From positions 1-64,000 of the IMG/VR virus record IMGVR_UViG_3300025030_000081: a stretch of 64,000 nt of DNA. One strand, written 5' to 3'. How positions within the stretch are numbered: position 1 is the stretch's first letter; each line of letters opens with the position of its first letter. This document shows positions 28,918 to 37,698 of the stretch, piece by piece. This stretch comes from a virus. The notes beneath the pieces were generated by a model, which was given only the letters and a program-made list of their open reading frames with translations, was not told the origin of the DNA and searched no databases. The translations under genes and the position numbers were made by a program.

Positions 28918-29085
28918 TTACACTCCGCGTACGTTTTTGAGTTTGTCGATGTACTCATTGAGCTGCTGTTCGGTAAGGTCAATCCCGTGCAGCTCTTTGA
29001 GCTTCTTAAGGACGTCATCTGAACAGTAGGTGGTGTGGGCGAGGACGGATAGGAACTGCAGGCGTTGGGCTTCGGTGACGCTCAT
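28918..29085 (-). CDS. small hypothetical protein
   Basis: GGAGG RBS before MSVTEAQR; ends DLTEQQLNEYIDKLKNVRGV. Confidence 0.55.
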   Translation of the reverse strand: MSVTEAQRLQFLSVLAHTTYCSDDVLKKLKELHGIDLTEQQLNEYIDKLKNVRGV

Positions 29086-29807
29086 GGATCCTCCGGCAGC
29101 TTGCACAGTTCAATGATGTCATGGAGGCCCATGTCATTCTTCAGTGTAGTGGCTGTGGACCAGTCGGGGTAGTAGATGTCGAGATTCGCGCCCAGCTTGA
29201 CGGTTGGGTGCTGCAGTTCTACCAGTTCGCACCATTTCATGCAAGCGATAAGATTGTCGTTGATCCATTTTGTTATCCCGGCCGTATTGCGCCAGAACAC
29301 GTATATTGCATCGTGGATCTGGGCGCAGAGGAAGATGTCGTAGATGTACGGCGAGGCCCATACCCTCTCCCGGAATTCGTTGGCTGCCCGGGTGTTGAGG
29401 AGCCCGTACGACTGACCCAGCATATTGCCTGCTGTGCGTCCTTCGGCGGCCGCCTTGTAGTTGAGCTTGCCCGGGCCGTTCAGCTCGAGTAAAGGCGTCC
29501 TGAGGCGCAAGCCGAAGGCGCCCGTGACGTAGCCGTCGATGCATGCCTGCTGGAGCTTATCCGCTACCCACTGATCGGATACCTTGTAGAGCTCATGGTA
29601 GTTAGATTCGATGGCCAACGCCGCGGTCTTGTCCAGGCCCAGGTTGTTCATCAGGCCGTGGAAGGTGCCCTGGTAGGTGAGGAGGAAGGTGGGCGCCTTG
29701 GAGTCCTGACGCTGTTTCGGGTAGAGCTTCTTGATGCTGTTGATGATGTCTGGTCGCAATCCATCATCAATTTCTTCAATAATTTCATTACCGGCAAGTT
29801 GTAGCAT
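29082..29807 (-). CDS. family A DNA polymerase, C-terminal part
   Basis: Motif B RQDSKAPTFLLTYQG, RTAGN, motif C QIHDAIY; AAGGA RBS. Confidence 0.92.
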   Translation of the reverse strand: MLQLAGNEIIEEIDDGLRPDIINSIKKLYPKQRQDSKAPTFLLTYQGTFHGLMNNLGLDKTAALAIESNYHELYKVSDQWVADKLQQACIDGYVTGAFGLRLRTPLLELNGPGKLNYKAAAEGRTAGNMLGQSYGLLNTRAANEFRERVWASPYIYDIFLCAQIHDAIYVFWRNTAGITKWINDNLIACMKWCELVELQHPTVKLGANLDIYYPDWSTATTLKNDMGLHDIIELCKLPEDP

Positions 29808-29821
29808 AATTGTCCTTGGAA

Positions 29822-30322
29822 CTAAGGTTGGGGCTGTAAATTTCTCCCGTGATTAGGATGGTATCCATACCGTATTTCTGCACTTTTTCTGGCATCGATA
29901 GCCTCCTGCTTATCACTAAAACGACCCAAGGGTATGGGCCTAGATTCATGCCAAATCATTGCTACCCATTTGTTACGAGTAACTGACCAAGATACACCTA
30001 CAACCCCTGATTTATTATTTTTTTGAATAGTACAGTTGCGATTGTTGTCTGTCATGGAAGCATCAAACAGATTTCCCCATTTATTATTTAATCTGTTATG
30101 ATCATCGTGGTCCACATATCTGGGCAATACTCCAGTTTTCATCAAGTAAATGGCTCGATGTGTTTTTAAAACTTTGCCTTTAAAACCGAAGTATCTGTAT
30201 CCATCAGAACTGACATAGCCAGCTTCTTCTCCGATTTTACATTTACCTGATTGTTTTTTCCAGATGAGCTTTCCTGTTATTTCATCGTAATGAAAGTACT
30301 CATGTAACTCGGTGCTTGTCAT
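29822..30322 (-). CDS. HNH-AP2 homing endonuclease splitting the DNA polymerase gene
   Basis: FHYDEITGKLIW, HRAIY..VDHDDHNRLNN, NNKSGVVGVSW AP2 motif; GGGAG RBS; AT-rich. Confidence 0.9.
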   Translation of the reverse strand: MTSTELHEYFHYDEITGKLIWKKQSGKCKIGEEAGYVSSDGYRYFGFKGKVLKTHRAIYLMKTGVLPRYVDHDDHNRLNNKWGNLFDASMTDNNRNCTIQKNNKSGVVGVSWSVTRNKWVAMIWHESRPIPLGRFSDKQEAIDARKSAEIRYGYHPNHGRNLQPQP

Positions 30323-32357
30323 AGTATTCTCCCATAGGGCGTTGATTACCGTCAGGGCATAGTACCATCGTATCCGCAGTAAGTATATGGGTTTTTCCAT
30401 CAACAGTTACTTTAAATTTTCGACCACTGTTTACTGCTTGTTGTAAATCCGGCATGGTATCTTTAAAGTAACTATAGGCGCGGATGGAGTGGCCGTCGAA
30501 ACCGTCGAGGTAGACCTTCATCTTGTTCGGATCCCTGGTGGTCAGGGCTGAGACCATATCCTCCAGGGAATTGAAATCAGCGCCGCCGAAGAGCCATCCG
30601 GCGATGCAGCCGAAGCAAGTTTTAATCAGCTCCCCCCAAGTGGATTTTGCAGGGATGTTGGTTAGGTTGGGGTTGGAACTGGACAGGCGTCCGGATACGG
30701 TCCCACCCAGGTTGAAGTTTCCATAGAGGCGCCAGCTGCTATCCGGCATCTGTACGGCCTTCTCGAAGGCAGGGATGAACGAAGTCAGGATCTTGTCCAC
30801 TTGAGCCAAACCGATCAGGGATTCGATGATCTCCAGGATGTCCTGATTCTGGGTCTGGTGCAGCAGTTTCTCCAGGGTGTCCCCGCCGGTTGCCGGCTGA
30901 CCGGTATCGGTGGTATCCAGGACCGGTAATCCCAGGTAGGTGTAGAGCAGGTTGGCTACCTGTTGGCCGCTGTTCGGGTTGAACTCCAGACGGGCCACCC
31001 TCGGGTCGTCCATGTCGAAGACTTTCTTCTTGGCGGCCGCGGTGAACTCGGCGCATTTCTGAGCCTTCACTTCCAACTGGAATTCCCGGATCAGTTGGGA
31101 GTTGTCGAGCTTGGCCTTGTACCCATCACTCAGCGTAGTCAGGGCTTGCTTGACTCTGGCCACCTCATCCGGGAAGATCGGCATGCCGGACAGCTCGGTC
31201 TGCAGCAGGGTGATCAGGGAAGGCTTGAACAGCTCCTCGTAGATCCCCATCTGGTTGCTGCTGATCATGCGCGTGTAGTACTTGTGGTAGACGTACCAGG
31301 TGCCCAGGGTGTCCTTGCCGTTGTACTCCAGCAGGCGGGGCAGCTCGATCTTGTCGGTATCCTCGATGTTCTCCTCGGCGTAATCGCCCAGGTAATCCGC
31401 GGCGAGCACCTTGAGTTTCAGGACGTTTTCCACAGCGTTGTTGGTGGCGAGGTACGTGATCAGCTTGGTGTCGTCGAAGTTCCTGGTCAGGATCTGGATC
31501 CCCTGGATCATACCCCGGTAGTCCTGGAGGTCGGTCATCCAGAGCTCATAAACCAGAACCTTGAAGTCGTAGCCGGCGTTGTGTGCGATCAGTCTGCCCC
31601 GGTAGTTCTCGAAGAAAACCTTGAGCATGTTCTTTACGTAGCTGCCGAACGATTGGGTGAAGACGGTGGTTACGTCTTCTGGAAAAGAGCCGCGGTCCAC
31701 CGGGATCGAAATGAAGTTGTGCTGGTCCCAGGCGAAGGCAATGGTGGCGATCCCGCAGTTCCAGAATTCCAGACTGCGGCTCTCGATGTCGACCGTCAGC
31801 GCAGGCTTGGTGTGGAGAAATTCCAGGGCATCGGAGATCTCCGCCAGCGTCATCGGGTACCGGGCGGAATGGATGACGTTGGTTCCCGGGGCGACGTACG
31901 CTCCCGACAGGTGCTGCTTCAGATAGGCCAGAGCGGTGTCGACTTCTTTCGCGGTATGCGGGTTGTACTTGGCCGCGTTGTAGTTGGGCGCGTAGAAGAC
32001 GTCGAAAGCGTCCTCGTACCCGGTGAGGCTGGATTTGACTGCGTATCCGATGTAGTTGGTGGCTGCCTTCTGCTTGCCGGTGAGGTACTTGAAGTACTTC
32101 GCGTCGGTCACCAGGATGGTGCCGATGCACAGCGACTTGACCGAATGGAGCAGCGTCTGGAGATGCTCCTTGGCCAGCGCTGCCTGGCATTTATCGTTGT
32201 CGTCGTACCAGAGGCTGTACGCTATGAACCCGGCCGGGTTGGCGCCGATCGGGTCGATGTAGGCCGACTTGATCTTTCCGCTGTTGAAGCTGGTTTCCTT
32301 GACGAGGATGGCGACCGATGCTGAAGCGGGGTCAGCCCCGTAAGTGGCGTGCTGCAT
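30300..32357 (-). CDS. family A DNA polymerase, N-terminal part (3'-5' exonuclease plus motif A)
   Basis: VDIES, HNAGYD, YNGKD, GTVSGRLSS, motif A GADFNSLED, DGHS. Confidence 0.93.
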   Translation of the reverse strand: MQHATYGADPASASVAILVKETSFNSGKIKSAYIDPIGANPAGFIAYSLWYDDNDKCQAALAKEHLQTLLHSVKSLCIGTILVTDAKYFKYLTGKQKAATNYIGYAVKSSLTGYEDAFDVFYAPNYNAAKYNPHTAKEVDTALAYLKQHLSGAYVAPGTNVIHSARYPMTLAEISDALEFLHTKPALTVDIESRSLEFWNCGIATIAFAWDQHNFISIPVDRGSFPEDVTTVFTQSFGSYVKNMLKVFFENYRGRLIAHNAGYDFKVLVYELWMTDLQDYRGMIQGIQILTRNFDDTKLITYLATNNAVENVLKLKVLAADYLGDYAEENIEDTDKIELPRLLEYNGKDTLGTWYVYHKYYTRMISSNQMGIYEELFKPSLITLLQTELSGMPIFPDEVARVKQALTTLSDGYKAKLDNSQLIREFQLEVKAQKCAEFTAAAKKKVFDMDDPRVARLEFNPNSGQQVANLLYTYLGLPVLDTTDTGQPATGGDTLEKLLHQTQNQDILEIIESLIGLAQVDKILTSFIPAFEKAVQMPDSSWRLYGNFNLGGTVSGRLSSSNPNLTNIPAKSTWGELIKTCFGCIAGWLFGGADFNSLEDMVSALTTRDPNKMKVYLDGFDGHSIRAYSYFKDTMPDLQQAVNSGRKFKVTVDGKTHILTADTMVLCPDGNQRPMGEYYDKHRVT

Positions 32358-32360
32358 AAC

Positions 32361-32597
32361 TCACCTTCCCCATGTAATTTTTTGATCCTTGGCTTGTAAA
32401 GCCAGCTCATGCACCTGGTCAGTGGCGGCCTTGGCCCATCCCAGCATGTCATCCTTAGCGGGACCTTCCGAGTAATGGACAGCGTCTTCCTTTATTCTTC
32501 TGGCACTGCTTTCCAGGGTATTTACTACGGCCTTCATGATGTCATGTTGCTGGCCACCTGACAGGTGAGTCATATCAATGACGATCTGTTTCTGCAT
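32361..32597 (-). CDS. hypothetical protein
   Basis: GGGAG RBS; in operon. Confidence 0.6.
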   Translation of the reverse strand: MQKQIVIDMTHLSGGQQHDIMKAVVNTLESSARRIKEDAVHYSEGPAKDDMLGWAKAATDQVHELALQAKDQKITWGR

Positions 32598-32611
32598 GGA
32601 AGCTCCCTTGA

Positions 32612-32812
32612 TTATTTACGTTTTGATGCTTGCCAAGCTTCATCCAGAATCTCCTCCGTCGGGTTGAAGCTGTCGACGTTGTCCGCAGCCCAGAGAATGT
32701 ACCCGGGATCTTCCTCGAGAACCTCCGTGATTGATTCGTGCTTATGCTTGCCGAAAGGGAAGACGTAATCGTAGTTATGCTTCAGTAGATCACCTATGGT
32801 CGTCATGTGCAT
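32612..32812 (-). CDS. small FPFGKH-motif protein (exodeoxyribonuclease X C-terminal/DUF3820-like)
   Basis: FPFGKHK...DPGYILW. Confidence 0.7.
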   Translation of the reverse strand: MHMTTIGDLLKHNYDYVFPFGKHKHESITEVLEEDPGYILWAADNVDSFNPTEEILDEAWQASKRK

Positions 32813-33067
32813 CCTTTACGGGCTTTCCACCCATTCGCTGGTTTGCTGGCTCTAAGTCGCCAGGTACTTTGCCCGTCCCCTCAACGCAGTCTGCACCGCC
32901 TCGATCTCAATAATCTTCTGATGAGGGTCCTGTTGTTCCAGGTACGCCTTGCGGCTCCGCATGTCCCCGTGGGCTGTTATCGACATGCGAATTTTTATGG
33001 TAGCCACAGACTATTGCCACCTGTCTTAACCGACCGGGATTCGGGCAGGCTGGCTCAATGGTGTGCT

Positions 33068-33116
33068 GGCACTCTGCATTACGCGCGGGCTTGTGACCGC
33101 CGTCGGCTGCATTTCC
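33068..33116 (-). ncRNA. twister ribozyme candidate (type P1)
   Basis: GG A|AA UGCA GC CGACG GCGG UCAC AA GC CCGC GCGUAA UGCA GA GUG CC: P2, P4, both pseudoknots and the conserved GA are present; P1 has only 2 bp. Confidence 0.75.
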
Positions 33117-33321
33117 TCCCGTGGTGTGGCATTCCAGGCCGGTGTTTTGGTCGCTGTCCTAACGAGTCCTTGGGCGACTCTTCCACGGGGCTAGTCAGAG
33201 GTTGTCCCCAGCGTGAAGGCTGTGCCAACTTGACCCCAAATTGGTGCCGGCTTCCCACCGGCTTGAGGATTCGCTGCTTTTAGTATGAAGGTGATCTGCA
33301 TCCTTAATATTGCACCTTGAA

Positions 33322-33418
33322 TTGCCAGTCTCTCCCGGCTGTCGCGCCACTTTAGCGTATAGCATCGGTTCCAGCACTCATGTCACCGAAAACGGGAGTT
33401 GCCGTCTCTCCGGCTGTC
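33322..33418 (-). repeat. two copies of a GACAGCCGG(G)AGAGAC(T)GGCAA hairpin motif
   Basis: Copies at 33322..33343 and 33399..33418; the second stem is one base pair shorter. Confidence 0.7.
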
Positions 33419-33460
33419 ACCCCTCATACAGATCTTGGCGAGGTTACCGTGAGGCGAAGG

Positions 33461-33889
33461 TTACTCTTTGCCCAGGTTCTCGATCTGTCTCCGGCAGGAC
33501 TCCAGGACGTCGTACGCCCTGTCCGGGCTGACCAGATCCACCAGGCCGATGGCCATGCGGAGTTTGTAGTCGAACTCATCCTGTTTTTTCTGCAGTTCAA
33601 CGGCGCGTGTCGTCATCGAGTCGTGGACCAGTTGATTCAAGGTGGCCCCGAACGTTCCGTTGAATTCGTCGATTGCCTCGTTCAGCTTGTTTCGCAGGTC
33701 GACGAGCCCTTCTTCGAGGTTGTTGATCCGGGTGGCTGCCAGGATGAGCGATCTGTTGTTTGATTCCTGGATGATGGCCTTTGTCGTTTTCACCGGAAAG
33801 ACCTGGTCGAGTTTAACCCGGTGCCGGTCGCTGAACACACCGACGTGCCGGTGAACGAATGTCCTCTGTTCCTCTGTGCAGGGCGCCAT
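33461..33889 (-). CDS. coiled-coil hypothetical protein
   Basis: In-operon ORF with typical codon usage. Confidence 0.65.
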   Translation of the reverse strand: MAPCTEEQRTFVHRHVGVFSDRHRVKLDQVFPVKTTKAIIQESNNRSLILAATRINNLEEGLVDLRNKLNEAIDEFNGTFGATLNQLVHDSMTTRAVELQKKQDEFDYKLRMAIGLVDLVSPDRAYDVLESCRRQIENLGKE

Positions 33890-33890
33890 G

Positions 33891-34055
33891 TTACAGGGCC
33901 ACCGACAGACCGCGAAACGCCTTCAGTTCCTTGGCGATCTCCAGGGATGTTTTGCGCGCCCGGGTGCCGGCTGCCTTGTTGCCGTTCAGCTGCTTGGCCG
34001 AATCCGTTTTGAACTCTTCCATCAGCTTGCTAATCTTTTCCAGATGCTGTTCCAT
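33891..34055 (-). CDS. histone H1-like (Hc1-type) protein, 54 aa
   Basis: MEQHLEKISKLMEEFKTDSAKQLNGNKAAGTRARKTSLEIAKELKAFR contains the GNKAAGTRARKxSLE signature; AGGAGG RBS; missed by the ORF track. Confidence 0.85.
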   Translation of the reverse strand: MEQHLEKISKLMEEFKTDSAKQLNGNKAAGTRARKTSLEIAKELKAFRGLSVAL

Positions 34056-34397
34056 ACTTCCTCCTGTAGTTCTGCTTGGGTTGCCTCAAGATGAGGTTTT
34101 TGTGGAGCCAGAGACTCGACAATCGTTAACCGCTGGACGCCCGATTCTGACGAGGTCGACGGAGGGTATTTCCATGATGCCACGATTACCTTTGGTGTGG
34201 TCGTTGTTAAAGAGCAGCTTGAAGAGGTAGCCGATAACTGCCCCGAGTATCAGCGCATTCCAATTGTTCATGTGGTTTCCTGGTGGTCTGTGGTAATAGG
34301 CAAAACGCATAAAACAGTGCGACAGGCCCGTTTGCCACGGGTACGTTAAACCACACTGCCCATATGGGATGCAAGATTTTTCTTTCAGGAGTGTCGA

Positions 34398-34970
34398 TTA
34401 TCTGCTTTCCAGCAGCAGCTTGTTCATGAGCTGGTCACGCAGAATGGCGATGGTGTGGGCGTAATGTTCCTTGATGGCCTCGATGTTCCTGCGGGTGGTT
34501 TCGATGGGTTCCCAGTGGTGGGGTTGGGTACCGGAGATATCACCATCGATTATGGCGTATTCGGCAGCCAGGAACTCCCCTCTCAGATGGCCTACCAGAA
34601 TAGCTGGCAGAAGCTCGTCCAGAACGATCCCATTGGCAGAGGCGCTGAGTACGGCGCGGAAGTAATTGGACACCTCGATGGTGCCGGCAGTGGTGGTGCG
34701 TCTTACGATCCCGTCATACGCCTCGTACAGCGAGTAATGCAGGGCAGGAGCCACCACGTTCACCAGGCGTACCGTCTCTCCGTTTCTGGTCGTGTTGGGG
34801 TAGATGGTACCGTTATAGGTGAAGTAGCTGGCGGTCACTCCCCGGAGCTTGGCGTTCTGGCCCGCCAGCTCCTGGTAGTCCTGATAGGCCACCTGGTTGA
34901 TGTAGCGGAAGGCTTCGGTGGTGAGTACCCGGAGGGCCATTTCTTTCAGGGAATTTATTGATTCGGCCAT
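34398..34970 (-). CDS. conserved N4-like protein downstream of the helicase (gp38-like)
   Basis: Position, size, FTYNG and LHYSL motifs; GGAGG RBS. Confidence 0.55.
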   Translation of the reverse strand: MAESINSLKEMALRVLTTEAFRYINQVAYQDYQELAGQNAKLRGVTASYFTYNGTIYPNTTRNGETVRLVNVVAPALHYSLYEAYDGIVRRTTTAGTIEVSNYFRAVLSASANGIVLDELLPAILVGHLRGEFLAAEYAIIDGDISGTQPHHWEPIETTRRNIEAIKEHYAHTIAILRDQLMNKLLLESR

Positions 34971-34992
34971 TGGTCCCTCCGTTGGTTTTGGA

Positions 34993-35349
34993 TCACGCCT
35001 TGGGTGTCAGAAGCTCGGGGTTCTCGTAGATGTTACCAACCACAGTAGACCAAACGTAGGCATCTACCATGTCTTGAATGTCGTCACCGAAGTCACAATA
35101 GAAACCGGCGTATTTGGGTTGCCATGTCACGGTACAGAAACTCTCATCGTCTGAAAGTACATCCCCCTCGTAAATCTCCTTGCTGTTCTTGTCGAGGATG
35201 CCGGTGAACTGCCGCCTAGCAACAAGAGTGTGCCCCTTGTATAAGACGCCTACGGTTAACTCTTCAACCTGCTGCAACGTTAGGACGCTTTCGGTGAGGC
35301 ATCCCGTCTCGTTGTGTTGCTGGATATAGCTGAACTTGAGCTCTCTCAC
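34993..35349 (-). CDS. YopX family protein
   Basis: RELKF start, QFTGILDKNSKEIYEGD, VVGNIYENPELL. Confidence 0.9.
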   Translation of the reverse strand: MRELKFSYIQQHNETGCLTESVLTLQQVEELTVGVLYKGHTLVARRQFTGILDKNSKEIYEGDVLSDDESFCTVTWQPKYAGFYCDFGDDIQDMVDAYVWSTVVGNIYENPELLTPKA

Positions 35350-35369
35350 TTCTCTTCCCCCGTTTTGGT

Positions 35370-36686
35370 TTAGCGGCAGTACCGATCCGGCAGGTGTCCG
35401 TAGCAGACAACCTGCTTCGCCGCCCGGGTTATCCCGACGTACAAGAGCCGGGCCACATCGGTGGCGCTCCAGTTCCGGCCGATATCGGCCAGGTCCAGGA
35501 ACACGGTGTCGTAGGTGCTCCCCTGTGATTTGTGGAGCGAGCTGGAGTAGACCGCCCTCAGGTCGAACCAGGTCTCCTTGATCTCGAAGTACTTCTTCCA
35601 CTCCTTCTCAGTAGCCAATTTCTGCATCAAGGCTTTGGCCTGTTTAAAGTCGGTGGGCATGAAGCTGACGTAGGTGTGATCCAGTTCGATCATGCGCCCC
35701 TGGACACCGTAAACAGTGGTGTCCTGGGGGTTGATCCCGGTGATGGTCACCTCGGAATCGACCGATCGGCTGTAGCTGCTGTTGCCCTTGATGAACTCGT
35801 TGGTGACCACAACCTCGCCGGTTCTAAATCCGGCCGGTAATCCCAGGGCTTGCCGGATGTGGCTGTTGTACTCCTGCACCCGCTCGTTGGTCCAGGCCAG
35901 TACCCGGCTAGTCGACGGCTTCCAGTTCGGATCCTTGAAGGAGCTTTCGACCAGATGCTGGAAGGTGGGCCCGTCCACGTGGATCACGTCCTGCTTGTTG
36001 TACTGGATCGGCTGGAAGTTGCCGCTTTCAACGGTGCGCCTGAACTGGGTTCCGGTAGCCAGGATGTGCCCGCTATTCCGGACAATCTCGTCCAGGGACA
36101 CCTTGGTGCATTGCAACGTGTCCATGGCGGAAAACTGCTGTCCGACCGGTGCCAGCTGGTACTTGTCGCCGATGTAGACGATCTTGGCTTTGGCCTGCTG
36201 CTTGAGGATCTCGCAGATGATCGAGTGCAGTTCCTCGCTGATGAAGGAGGCTTCGTCGATGAAGACCAGTGGGGCGATGTTGTCGAACGACGAGAATGCC
36301 TGGGCGCCACCGTTGGAGAAAGACAGGTTGGTTTTGCCTGTCTTGATGTCGTTGGTCACCTTCAGCCCCAGCAGCGAGTAGATCGTGCTGAGCTGGATGT
36401 CATCCCGGATGGCCAGCAGATCGGCCAGAAAATCGTCGATCACGTTGACCGCCTTGTTGGTGGTGGCGGTGATCTTGATGTCGAATTCCTTGACGTCCTT
36501 TTGCAGCAGCAGGCAGTACGCCTTGTACTTGGCGTAGAAAGTCTCCAGCAGGTGCTTGATCAGGAAGCTTTTGCCGGTACCCGCCGCACCCTGGACGACG
36601 AAGAAGTTCTCCTCACCCACCAGAAAATCCAGAAAGGCATTGGTGGCTTTTTGCTGATCTTGGGTCAGCGTTATGTTAGGTGGCAT
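35370..36686 (-). CDS. SF1 Dda/RecD-like DNA helicase
   Basis: GAAGTGKS, FIDEAS, GDKYQLAPV, HKSQGSTY, LYVGITRA. Confidence 0.93.
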   Translation of the reverse strand: MPPNITLTQDQQKATNAFLDFLVGEENFFVVQGAAGTGKSFLIKHLLETFYAKYKAYCLLLQKDVKEFDIKITATTNKAVNVIDDFLADLLAIRDDIQLSTIYSLLGLKVTNDIKTGKTNLSFSNGGAQAFSSFDNIAPLVFIDEASFISEELHSIICEILKQQAKAKIVYIGDKYQLAPVGQQFSAMDTLQCTKVSLDEIVRNSGHILATGTQFRRTVESGNFQPIQYNKQDVIHVDGPTFQHLVESSFKDPNWKPSTSRVLAWTNERVQEYNSHIRQALGLPAGFRTGEVVVTNEFIKGNSSYSRSVDSEVTITGINPQDTTVYGVQGRMIELDHTYVSFMPTDFKQAKALMQKLATEKEWKKYFEIKETWFDLRAVYSSSLHKSQGSTYDTVFLDLADIGRNWSATDVARLLYVGITRAAKQVVCYGHLPDRYCR

Positions 36687-36951
36687 CGTCTTGAACTCCC
36701 AGTAGTTTGATCATCTTCTGTTCACGATACTCTTTTTGCGTGACGGTATGTATTACTACGTCCGGCTTGTCGTCCGTGAAGACAACCGTTGAACCGCCGG
36801 AATGCCGCTCGATCGGTTCCGCCTTTTCCAGGGCAGCCAGGAGCGCTACGCCGTCTTTGTAGGGGAGGATGATGTTGAAGTAGTAGCCGAGGCTGATCGT
36901 CATATAGGACACGACCACGTCGAGTTCCGAATTGGTAGGAGTTTTAGCCAT
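36676..36951 (-). CDS. hypothetical protein
   Basis: Coupled ORF upstream of the helicase. Confidence 0.6.
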   Translation of the reverse strand: MAKTPTNSELDVVVSYMTISLGYYFNIILPYKDGVALLAALEKAEPIERHSGGSTVVFTDDKPDVVIHTVTQKEYREQKMIKLLGVQDDAT

Positions 36952-37687
36952 GACCTACTCCCAGCAGGGTATCCATGCTGTCCCTCTGGTACTGCTCCCT
37001 GGTTATCACCGGATAGTGGGCGCCCATGGTACATGCGTAGTAGACGCTGTCGTCTTCGACATGCACCCCACCGGTCTTGTCGGCCTCTTTCAGAAAACCG
37101 ACGGCGATGGGGTACTGCCCCTGTGCCAGTACGAGATAGCGCTTAAGATTGGTGAGGATCTGGGCGATGCCACTCGTGACTTCCCGGGCGTAGTCGACCT
37201 TTGTGGTGAAGGCTTTGACGATGTCTTTGCGCTCCTGCAGGATCTCTTGGTAGACCTTGTTGTTCTGGTTCCAGTCTTCCAGGCCGGCGGCTTGTTGAGC
37301 CACGGTGTCCTTGATCTTTGCGAACTCTGTCGCGGAATACGCCGGGGTGCTCTTGATGTCCGGCCGGTAGTAGTCGTTCTCGGGCATGGGTTCGAGGACC
37401 TGGACGCCGTTATCGGTGCGCGTTCTCCACAGCCCTTTTGCCGTCATGAGACGGATGATCTCTTCGGCGTCCTCGATTTTGAGGAAACCCCAGTTGCCTA
37501 TTTTGTAAAGGACGGTGTCCGGCTTGCTGGCCGCCGTTTCCGGTTTCGGTCCCGGGTGGGGCGGCAGCAGACTGATCCCAGCATGGGCGCACTCCAGATC
37601 GATGGTCTGCAGGTACCTTTCCGAACCGATCGGAATAGCGAGGATCTCTTCGTGGGTGAGGTCGGCTAAGCGTTTAAGGGGTTCCAT
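36944..37687 (-). CDS. hypothetical protein
   Basis: GGAG RBS; typical codon usage. Confidence 0.65.
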   Translation of the reverse strand: MEPLKRLADLTHEEILAIPIGSERYLQTIDLECAHAGISLLPPHPGPKPETAASKPDTVLYKIGNWGFLKIEDAEEIIRLMTAKGLWRTRTDNGVQVLEPMPENDYYRPDIKSTPAYSATEFAKIKDTVAQQAAGLEDWNQNNKVYQEILQERKDIVKAFTTKVDYAREVTSGIAQILTNLKRYLVLAQGQYPIAVGFLKEADKTGGVHVEDDSVYYACTMGAHYPVITREQYQRDSMDTLLGVGHG

Positions 37688-37698
37688 TTATGGCTCCG

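Noticed and set aside
29808-30450. Group I intron or functional split intein in the DNA polymerase
   Set aside because: No P/Q/R/S elements, no room for a ribozyme core, and no Cys/Ser1 or terminal His-Asn.
33190-33245. HDV-like ribozyme suggested by CAGCCUUCACGCUGG on the minus strand
   Set aside because: It resembles the HDV L3 loop, but I could not build consistent P1, P2 and P3 helices.
33241-33300. tRNA gene suggested by a minus-strand ...GCCGGCACCA end
   Set aside because: No T-loop, D-arm or anticodon arm; it is only a hairpin ending in ACCA.
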